This document shows, in pieces, positions 26,409 through 35,894 of a stretch of 64,000 nt of DNA. The stretch comes from Macrostomum hystrix. Its lineage: Eukaryota > Animalia > Platyhelminthes. Both the position numbers and the translations under genes were made by a program. Every line of letters begins with the position of its first letter. The stretch's first letter is position 1. The stretch spans positions 2,790,001-2,854,000 of the forward strand of contig CATNEN010000041.1 in NCBI GenBank assembly GCA_950097015.1. Direction: 5' to 3'. The notes under the pieces are model-generated. The model made no database searches, was not told where the DNA came from, and saw only the letters and a list, made by a program, of their open reading frames with translations.

Positions 26409-27663
26409 CTACTCTTCCGTTGCCGTTATCGAGCAGGCCGAGAGTCCAGCAGCCACGGCCGCGGTGAGGCTCGCCAGCACGCTGCAGATGAACCCGGAGC
26501 TCAGTATCTCCGAAGTCTCACCGTGACGCAGAACTGCGCTGTACATTGTGCCGAGGAACACCGACCAGGCAGCGATAGACAGAACAGCTGCGGGTTGTGA
26601 GGATTCTGGAGGTCAACACTCCACCCCTACTGTCCCCCAGTCAAAACCGGCACACGATCTCAGCTGTGTGACACCAAAGCAGTTGCTTTGACTGCTCTGT
26701 GTCGCTTTCGTGTGATTTTGACTGTTAGCAGCTCTTCTAAGCTATAATCATCACTCGATCCCTTCGTAATTAAGTTGGCATCGATGAGTCCTAAAATAAA
26801 GTATCCATGCTTTTGACTCAAATGCTCGCATGAACCTTCAGCGAATAACCTGCATGTCATTCGCGCTCTCACTGCGTCTGTGTGTTTAACAAAATATTAA
26901 CTCTGTTCTATAAAAGCTTACAGGCTTCCAGTTTCACTCACCGACTCCCGAGCACAGGGCGGTCATTGTGCCCGCCAGCACCCGCTCCTTGTACCTGTGC
27001 CGGACCAGCCCGCGCTCGCCGCACTCGTCAATCACCAGCTTGATCCCGGCGGTCAGGCCCAAGGCGAGGCATGCGAACAGCAGCACGCGAGCCGCTACCA
27101 GCGCCCCGCTGTTTGTCACCGTCAAGCGCTTCAGCGTGGCCTCAGACACAACCGGGTGGTCGACACCGGAGCGCCAATCGGCCTGCAGGCCGGTACTGTT
27201 GAGAGGGGCGTCTGGGGTTTCCAGGCCCGTGGACGAGCGACGATCGGCAAGTACTGTCTCGTGATAAACCAGAACTTCATGCGGCCGATGGTGGTAATAG
27301 AAGTGGTAGAATGCCACCCCTGGGCGGTAAACAAGTGCATATTACTGCAAGAAGTCACAAGGTTTAATAATTCAAAGCTCGAATGCGCGTGTAAGATCTG
27401 CGCTAGGGAAAGGAAATCTGAATGAATTTCTCGGCTTTGGCAGTAAAGGAAGATGCTTCGGGAATTCTCGATTTTACACCCAGGCACTCACTCTTCGTCT
27501 CCCAGAGTCCAACGGCCACGAAGGTCGTGGCGGTCGCGTTTCCAGCTGAGCCTGGCCGGGGCACGGAGGCCTCCACCAGCAGCCAGCGATCGCTGAACAG
27601 GCCGATGGTGGACAGACAGAAGCAGGCGCAGATGAAGAAGACGAGAGCGCAACTATGCAGCAT
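26409..27663 (-). CDS. Claudin/PMP22/EMP-like four-transmembrane protein, about 220 aa, 3 exons (27663-27492, 27253-26942, 26587-26409)
   Basis: The spliced ORF is 663 nt with phase-1/phase-1 GT-AG introns. It has an N-terminal TM, a W...GLW motif in the first extracellular loop and three further hydrophobic helices (VAARVLLFACLALGLTAGI; AGTMTALCSGVAVLSIAAWSVFLG; GFICSVLASLTAAVAAGLSAC). The start codon is inferred. Confidence 0.78.
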
Positions 27664-28915
27664 GCTGCCTTCGAGGAGCAATTTCTTCACTTGCTGCTTT
27701 CAAGAAATGGCGCATGCGATCGCATATCGGAATCTTCTACCTAATATGAGCCCAAGGTCTGCACCGACGGCTGGCATTCAGAGCGCACTTGGCTCATTGT
27801 GGAATGTCTAACGAACGCACACCTGCACCGCGTACTGCGCTAGCTAAAAGTGAGAAGAAGAGAGCTCCAGGATCGATATCGCTCACTCTGCTGGAGTCAG
27901 GGAGCCAGCTCGCACAGGACTGCTTCTGCACTGAAGGAAGGCAGCAAGTCTCAGGGAATATTGCAGCTGCAGCTGTTCAATAACGGATACAGATTAAGCC
28001 AAGGGGAGCCGTTCCGCTCCGTAAAATTTTTACCTCTCGGCTGAAGGTGGGGGGAATATATATTCCAAAATGGCATGGGGGATTGGATATCAATATATGA
28101 GCGAACAATTATGCGTGTATAAGCTGTTGGCCTTGTATAAATGGACTGAGAATACATACGACTTGGATATGTCTATGTTCTGCCCTTTCTGTGTATTTTC
28201 TGTACACCTTTAAAAAAATCAAATCCAAGTGAACTGAGAAATTCCGTTGTAGGCCGAAAACATGAAAAAGTTTATTTGAATTTCCAGATTTGGCGAGTTT
28301 TTTGTTTTGCAGTCGATCTAAAAAAAAGATGTTTTCCGAGCTCTTGTTGCAGCAGAAGTTCATCCAGAATCTGGATCATAAATCCACTCTTACACTTTTT
28401 GGCCACATTTATGTTATGAGCTAAATTGCTCACAGTTCAATACATTGCCACGCCCGACTTCTTTAGTGTAGATCACTGACCAAATCAAGCCTCCGACATA
28501 CTGTGGCGTGCCAGCAATTACACATTTACCGCCTGAGCAGCAGCAGGGTGAGTCGAAATTCGCTGTCAAAAGTGAGATTGAGCATACCACAACCCTGGAA
28601 CTTTTGCTCGTTTGTTTTTAGGCACGCAGAATGGGGCTTCACACTGCTGCACCTGTCTTCTCGCTACCGTTTTCAATCGATCCCTTTTCCGATAGTACGG
28701 CTAGTTTTATTAGAAGTTTTTTTTCGAAAAAAGCTTGAAAAACGCTTTGCAAACCTAACCTCATTAGTCAGCATCCTAAATACGGTCTTCTTGCCAGCAC
28801 GGTTGACACCGTGCTTGCCAGAAGGTACGCTCTCACTGGCGATCTTTTGGAGGAGTTTTGGCCGGGAAACCGTTGTCGAGAAAGACAAAACACGTTTTTG
28901 ATTTGAAGCCACATA

Positions 28916-29515
28916 TACTCAGCAACAGCTAAAACCCCCCAACTCACGCTGTCACACGGCCCAAAAGTTTTGTATGCCATCGGTGACTCAGAAATGTGTG
29001 GCATCGCACTGAATGTCAAAACAGAGCTTGTCATTCTCGAGCAGAGTGTAACTGGGCAGACCTATGCAGAGCTGCTACAGCAGCAGTTTCTGCCATTTGC
29101 TACGACAACCTTTGGCGGCCCGCAGAACTGCATGCTTCAAGACGACAACGCTGCGCCACATCGAGCAGCACACGTGCAGCTGCTGAAGGAGCAGCTCGGC
29201 ATTCGCACATTGAACTGGCCGTCAAAGTCTCCAGACATGAACCCCATCGAGCATGTCTGGGACTTTGTAAAGCGAAGAGTTCAGCAGGATGCCCCACAGA
29301 ATGCTGAACAGTTGCGACTGGCGGTGCTGAATGCCTGGCAGCAGCTGCCCCAAGAGTTCATCAACCGGCTGGTGATCAGGATGCCACGACGAGTCACGGC
29401 ACTTTTGCATGCTCGTGGTTCCTACACACGATACTGAGACCAGAATTAAAGACATTGCTTAACTTTTGTGCCCGTGTGACAGCGTGACTTGGGGGGTTTT
29501 AGCTGTTGCTGAGTA
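28916..29515 (+). mobile_element. Internally deleted Tc1/mariner element (DD34E), 600 bp, about 55-bp TIRs, TA target duplication
   Basis: TIRs TACTCAGCAACAGCTAAAACCCCCC... at 28916-28970 and inverted at 29461-29515, with TA on both sides. ORF 28970-29437 has QDDNAAPH...WPSKSPDMNPIEHVW (34 residues between D and E) but lacks the HTH and the first catalytic Asp. Confidence 0.93.
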
Positions 29516-30057
29516 TATTCATACACCGATCAAACTCCACTACTCATGTCAACTCCACTACTACACTTCAGTAAGACAGCCTGAAGTGTACTCCGTCTGA
29601 GCAGCACAAAGGTAAGGAAATCAAGAAATGCCTGTGTTGCATGCGAGCTATAAATAGCGTCACTCCGCGCACATTGTTGTTGACTCAAACTACGGGACTA
29701 CAAACTAATCTCATACCCACTGCAGGCGATTCACTCGAACAAACCAGTTTTTGTTTGCTCTACGATTCCTACCAACTGTGCTCTCTCAGTCGGAGTCCGT
29801 CAGCTCTGCACTCACCGAATGTGCTGTTCTGGGCTTATTGAGTGCAGCTCAACGATATACGAGCTAGGCTGTAGTTGCTTGCTTTGGTATGTTATCAGCA
29901 GTTGAGAAAATCCACAAAGCTCTGCCAGATAGGAAAGGGCGTGCCAAAAAGATCAGGCTTTCTACCTGAGACATTCCTGACGCAACTTGAAGCAATCTAG
30001 GCCCCACAATCTTCAAATTGTAAGGCCAAACTGAAACACGTGTGGTAGAAGCTGCTA

Positions 30058-32502
30058 ATGGCTTCCACAGCTCTGCAGCCAAGGACAAGGCGGGAGCTCG
30101 AGGCCTCAGCGGAGCAGCTTTTCCTCAGCCTCAAAGCCGCGGTCGCTGCTGCCGACAAGACGAAGATCAGCCAACTGTCTGACGCAGTGCGCAGCGGAAT
30201 CGAAGCTGAGGGTTCCACCGTGGTGTTCGCTGCTGCCAGAGAAAAAGATGGCCTGCCTGTTCTTCAGGCTCTGGTGGAATCCATAGGCGGCCGGGTTTTC
30301 GAGTTACAGGAGACAGACGCCGAGGGAAACTCCGTGGTGCACCTGATGGCATGCTACCAGAGCGCAGCTTCTTTGCAATTTGTGAAGGACGTTTTGGGCG
30401 ATACTCGGTGCTTCGGTCGTGCAAATCGGTACTATAGCACTGTAGTGCATTCAGCTGCAACCAACGTTGATAGTAGCTCAACGTTCGAATGGCTGGTTAA
30501 CCAACTCGGGCCGGATTGCCTGCAAAGGAGAGACTGGCGCTGGGGATCTCCTGTCAAAACTGCCGCAGAATTTCAGCAGGCGAGCACCATGCAGTTCCTT
30601 AAGGACAAGACGAATGGTGTGGAGTGCTTTAAGTGTGAGGGCGGGTCATATGAATCGACGGTGCTGCAAATCGCTGCCAGAAATCGAATCAGTAGCTCAA
30701 CATTCCAGTGGCTGCTCACTGAAATCGGCCCCGAACCGAATTGTATCGCCGAAACAGGGGACACTACGATCGTGCATATTGCGGCGGAGCACCAGGATCC
30801 TGAAACGATGAAGTTCATTAAAGAGAAGCTTCAATGTGTTCACTGCTTCACCTTCAAAGGAATCACTGACGAGACGCCGGTGCACTGCGCTGCCAGAAAT
30901 TCTCGAGGAGATGCCACGCTGCAATGGCTGGTGTTGGAGCTCGGACCGGAGTATCTCATTAAAAAAATGGAAGACAACAGAACCGCGGTACACTTTGCAG
31001 CGCAGAATCAGAGCGCAGAAACCTTGATTTTCATCAAGGACCAGCTCGGAGGTACACAAAACTTTCTGGACAGGGGCTTCCTCGGAGAGACGGCCGTGCA
31101 CTGCGCTGCGGAAAACAGTGACAGTTCCGCGTTTATTTGGCTGGTCAAAGAGCTTGGTCCTGACTGCCTGACGGACAGGAACGAGAGAAACGACACTCCG
31201 ATTCACTACGTGGCTTTGAATCAAGAAGCGGAGCTGTTGCAGTTTGTCAAGGAAACTTTGGGAGATGTTGAACCCTTCAAACAGAAGGGCTGGATGGGAA
31301 AGACCGCTTTGCATCATGCATGTGACAGCTGCAAGAGCGGCTCGGCGCTTTGTTGGCTGCTCAGAGAACTTGATCCGGAATACCTGAAAGAAGTTCTGCA
31401 TCTCTCAGAGTCGGAAGAAGAGGTAAAAGAGGAAAAAGAAAATTTTCTAACAATTTCGTTTAGTCCATTGATCAGCAGAGTAATCGAGAATCACAAGATA
31501 GAGGCGCTGATAATCATCAAAGAGAAGCTTCAGGATGCAACAAATAGGCTTCTGCAGTTCAGGCGGCCTGGCGACGGCATGACTGCTATTCAGTGCGCGG
31601 CTTTCAATCCGTGCAACTCGGTGCTCAAATGGCTGGTGAACGAGTTCGGACCAGAAGGTCTGACTGAATTTAACATGAATCAGACCTGTGCCATTCATAT
31701 TGCAGCGGAGTACCAGACTGCAGACTCGTTGCAGTTCATTAAGGAGCAGCTCAACAATGACGTCGGAATCTTCAAGCTGAGGGGCCAGGGAAACAAGTCT
31801 GTCGCGCACTACGCAGCTCGGAATAAGGACATTTCTGCTCTGGAGTGGTTGGTCGATGAACTGGGACCCGACTGTCTGTCTGATCGCGATGATTGCAACG
31901 ACACACCAGTTCACCTCGCTGTGGATGCTCAGAAAGTGGAAACCATGAAGTTCATCAAGCAAGTCACGAAGAGCATTGAGTGCTTTCGAATGAAGGGCTG
32001 CCAGGGCAGGACAGTGGTGCATTGTGCTGCAGCCGATAGTGACGCTGGTCCAATCCTAGAATGGCTCGTTGCCGAGTTGGGTCCCGAGTGTCTGGCCGAG
32101 AGGACTACCTGGGGCGAGTCTGCAGCCAAGATGTGCTGGGAAACCCACACCATCTACACCATGGAGGTCCTTGAGCCTCACCTCAACATTGCACAGAAGC
32201 TCAGCAACTCTGACCTCCTTGAAACCCTCGAGACAGAGGGGTTTTCCGATGCCGATGCCGATGCCGATGCCGATGCCGATGCCGATGCCGATGCCGATGC
32301 CGATGCTGATGCCGATGCCGATGCCGATGCTGATGCCGATGCCGATGCCGATGCCGATGCCGATGCCGATGCTGATGCCGATGCCAATGCCGATGCCGAT
32401 GCCGATGCCGATGCCGATGCCGATGCCGATGCCAATGCCGATGCCGATGCCGATGCCGATGCCGATGCTGATGCCGATGCTGATGCCGATGCTGATCGCT
32501 GA
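30058..32502 (+). CDS. Intronless ankyrin-repeat protein (814 aa) with C-terminal (Ala-Asp)41 tail
   Basis: Repeated TxVHxAAxN / HxAAxxQ ankyrin helices in eight paired units ending in WLVxELGP[DE][CY]L-type linkers; uninterrupted ATG-to-TGA ORF. Confidence 0.9.
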   Translation: MASTALQPRTRRELEASAEQLFLSLKAAVAAADKTKISQLSDAVRSGIEAEGSTVVFAAAREKDGLPVLQALVESIGGRVFELQETDAEGNSVVHLMACYQSAASLQFVKDVLGDTRCFGRANRYYSTVVHSAATNVDSSSTFEWLVNQLGPDCLQRRDWRWGSPVKTAAEFQQASTMQFLKDKTNGVECFKCEGGSYESTVLQIAARNRISSSTFQWLLTEIGPEPNCIAETGDTTIVHIAAEHQDPETMKFIKEKLQCVHCFTFKGITDETPVHCAARNSRGDATLQWLVLELGPEYLIKKMEDNRTAVHFAAQNQSAETLIFIKDQLGGTQNFLDRGFLGETAVHCAAENSDSSAFIWLVKELGPDCLTDRNERNDTPIHYVALNQEAELLQFVKETLGDVEPFKQKGWMGKTALHHACDSCKSGSALCWLLRELDPEYLKEVLHLSESEEEVKEEKENFLTISFSPLISRVIENHKIEALIIIKEKLQDATNRLLQFRRPGDGMTAIQCAAFNPCNSVLKWLVNEFGPEGLTEFNMNQTCAIHIAAEYQTADSLQFIKEQLNNDVGIFKLRGQGNKSVAHYAARNKDISALEWLVDELGPDCLSDRDDCNDTPVHLAVDAQKVETMKFIKQVTKSIECFRMKGCQGRTVVHCAAADSDAGPILEWLVAELGPECLAERTTWGESAAKMCWETHTIYTMEVLEPHLNIAQKLSNSDLLETLETEGFSDADADADADADADADADADADADADADADADADADADADADADADANADADADADADADADANADADADADADADADADADADR
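32248..32496 (+). repeat. (GCCGAT)n hexamer microsatellite encoding D(AD)41, two units being AN
   Basis: 249 bp of GCCGAT/GCTGAT/GCCAAT, in frame with the ankyrin ORF, ending one codon before the stop. Confidence 0.97.
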
Positions 32503-33512
32503 TCGTTCAACATGGAAGCTGAGGCCAAAGAGCTCGTTGACAATATTCAGTAGCAATTTTAATTAATGAATTATACTCAGATCAAGTACTATGCCTTAGT
32601 TTAAAACATACGATCGTAGTTTGTACTCTCGCAAAATCCTTGAAGTTGTCCAGGAGCTGTGTTTCTCTCATCAAATCAAGATAATACGCTCGTAAAAGTT
32701 CTGTTTTGCTCTTGACCTTGAATAACTAATTCTCTTGTGCTTATAGTGCCTGCTTCATACGTATAGTCAAATACACGTGCACAATATGCTCTTATTGTAA
32801 TCGCAACGGAGTCTGAGACACTCATAATTAACTGATCGTCTTTCTAATTAAGATTAATTTTTTTAAATCAATTCACATGCATGGATGTGTAGAAAACTTA
32901 AAGTGGGTGACCGAGTTTCCACCTCGGCCAGCTTCTCACCGTTCCGATTGCACAGCGTACTAATTGTGCACGTATTTTATGACGTCGACAACGTCCACAA
33001 AAAGCGCAGCCGGTACTAGATGAAGCCAGCAGGGCAGAAAGGAGGCGACGAACCGTCACGTTGACCCTTCAGCTGAACTCATAAATCGAGAATTTCTTGT
33101 ATTTAGCTAATTTTCCAGCAGAGACTTCCAGTACGTTTAGTTTCGAAGCCGGGCAGGTTAATCACTCGGCCTACAAGTAAATCTGGGCTCTAGACTTAAA
33201 CAAAAGACCTTTAAAAGAACTATTTTACCACTCGAATATTTGTTGTTGTGTATTGACTGACTGAATGCTAATTTACGCATACTGCCACTATGAGTAGTGC
33301 AGTGAGGAAGCTAGTAGTTTCTAGAACCTTCTGTAGCCAGAATATTCTAGAACCTTCTATAGTCCGTGTTTTCTAGAACTTTCGATTTAACATATCAGCT
33401 ACCTATAAATATACGGACACAAAGCTATCACAAAAAGGATAACTGCTCAATTTGGAATCTGCCAACAAATCCGTTGTTCCCTTCGTTCACTACATAACAA
33501 CTGGCGACGAGG

Positions 33513-35449
33513 ATGGCCCTCAACGTTAGCCCACCGACACCGTACCTGCCGGCAAGCGGACCTCCAGCAGTTCCATGGAATCGATGGCTAGACGCTTTCG
33601 ATATCTATTGCCAAGCGGCGCAGATCTGGACTGACCGGCCGGCAGAGGGCGAAGCTCCAACAGAGGAAGCTACGCGACTGGCAACGAGGAGCCGCAACAT
33701 GCTGCTGCACCTGCTCGGTTTCGAAGGGCAGCGGATTGCCAGGGCACGCAACGCGATTGTCGACGGCCACACCTTCTGGCAAACCCGCGACATGCTGACG
33801 ACTGTGTTTGGCGACCGGCCAAACGTGATGTTGGCGCGTCACCGATTCCGGGAGCGACATCAGCTGCCCGGAGAGGACGCAGTCACGTTTGCCGCAGCAC
33901 TACGCGAGCTGTCAGCCACCTGCAACTACGGAGCAATGGCTGATGAAATGATCCGCGACCAGCTGGCCCAGAAAACCAGCAGCAGCCGGATTCGTGAGCG
34001 CCTGCTGACTGAGGACGCCGCCAGGCTGACACTGGACCAAGCCATCGTGATCGCGACGACTATCGAGGAGGCAGCGGCAGGCAGCAAGGCGATGGCAGCA
34101 GCCGGCTCTTCAGGAAATGTCCAGGCTGTGCAGGAGGCCAGACCCCGAGGTCACCATGGCGCTCCGTCCAAGAAGAAGCCAGGGCAGCAAGCCGGAGGAT
34201 CCTGCCAGCGATGCGGCCGCAGCCATGATGGCAAAGCCCAATGTCCCGCGCACGGCAAGAAGTGCAACAACTGCGGCAAACTGAATCACTTCAGCCGATG
34301 CTGCCGCAATAAGACAGTGCAGGTCAGCGCGGAAGAGACAATCTACGCAGTCCACGGCAACAACGAGGTCCGCGCAGACCTTCAGCTCGGCAGCATCCGA
34401 AAGACCGTCAGCCTGATGGTCGACTGCGGTGCCAAGGTGTCTCTGCTGAACGAGGCCACGGCACGGAGCTTGGGCGACATTCGCCTAAGAACGTCGTCGA
34501 TGAGGCTACGAGCCTACGGTGGGAAGCTGATCGCCCTAGCTGGGATCGCAACAGTGCCCGTCAAGCACCACAGCCGTGAGCTCCAACACGACTTCTACGT
34601 CACGAGGTCTGGCGAGAACCTCATCGGCCGCGACCTGATGGAGAAGCTGGGCTTCCGCGTGCAACTGCAGCCGCCAGCTGAGATCGGTGCCGAGATCGCC
34701 AGCGTAGACATCGAGCGAGAGTTCCCAACGGTCTTCAGCGGCTCGATCGGTCTCTGCAAAGGCGCAGTGCACAAACCGAGGATTAACGCAGCGGTGCCAC
34801 CAGTGCAGCAGCCGCTCCGTCGACTTCCGCTCGCTAAGCAGCAACAAGTCGGCGAGGAGCTGGACCGTCTGGAGGCCATGGGAATCATCGAACGGGTGAA
34901 TTCCAGCCCATGGATCTCCAACTTGGTTGTCGCTAACAAGAAGGACGGAAATATTCGAGTCTGCATTGACGTGCGAGAGCCGAACAAGTCGCTCGTCATC
35001 GACCGGCACCCGATGCCGCAGCTGGACGAGATCTCGGCCAAGATCAAAGCGGCCGGAGGCAGCGTGTTCTCCAAGATCGACCTTAAGGCAGGATACATGC
35101 AGATGAAGCTGCACGAGTCATCACGTGACCTGACAGCATTCATTACTCACCAGGGTCTGTATCGCTACTGCAGGGTGCCGTTCGGCCTTGCTTCTGCACC
35201 GGCGGCATTCCAGAGGATGCTGGACGACCTGGTGTCTGATCTGCAGGGTGTTGAGCACATCCTGGACGACTTCATCGTCTTCGGAGCAACTGAAGCCGAG
35301 CACGACTCGAGGCTGCGAGCACTGCTGAAGCGATTGGAGGACGCCGGTCTCACTGCCAACAAGGACAAGTGCCAGCTGCGGAGGACTGAGATTGAGTTCT
35401 TTGGCTTCATCTTCTCAGCCAACGGCATGCGACCGTCTGAGAGTCAGAC
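33513..35449 (+). CDS. Gypsy gag-pol, 5' part (Gag, two CCHC knuckles, protease, most of RT)
   Basis: CQRCGRSH..CPAHGKKCNNCGKLNHF; protease VDCGAKVS; RT motifs PWISNLVV, RVCIDVR, KIDLKAGYMQ, PFGLASAPAAFQ, ILDDF. Confidence 0.95.
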
Positions 35450-35894
35450 TGTCGGAAATGCTTCCTCCAGAACTCCTTCTCGTCGTTTCCTTCGACTCTC
35501 CTCTTTTCTCTCTTGCTCACCAACTAGTTAATCAGTACGTTTCACTGCACTTTAATTGTTTCGCTTTCTATCGTCCTTTTAGCCCATAGACTACGCATCC
35601 TGCCCGCCCCTTGTTACTCAATCGTTGTCTATGTTTCTAATGCCTTTCTCGGTACAGTTCCCCTTTAGTTGCTTCTAGTGCGCACTAAGCCCACAAGAGC
35701 TTCGAACCAAATACATTCGATATACAAGTCAATTACAAGCAAAGAAGTTTTGTCCCAAGCGACAAATTGGTAGCAGAGCGCACTAACGTATCCACACAGC
35801 CAAGTCAAAAATGAAGACGCGCAGCACCACTCGTGGAAAGTGTTGTGGCTGCTAGCCAAATAAGCGAGGCGAGGCCAAGTCCAGTTAACCAAGG

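Noticed and set aside
27780-28912. Short ORFs upstream of the claudin-like gene and left of the Tc1 element
   Set aside because: No recognisable motifs; may be UTR or decayed TE.
29562-29590. Perfect 10-bp hairpin (TACACTTCAG / CTGAAGTGTA), possible Helitron end
   Set aside because: No CTRR terminus downstream and no other Helitron evidence.
32056-32566. (GI)n, (AS)n and (MP)n ORFs
   Set aside because: Alternative frames of the GCCGAT microsatellite.
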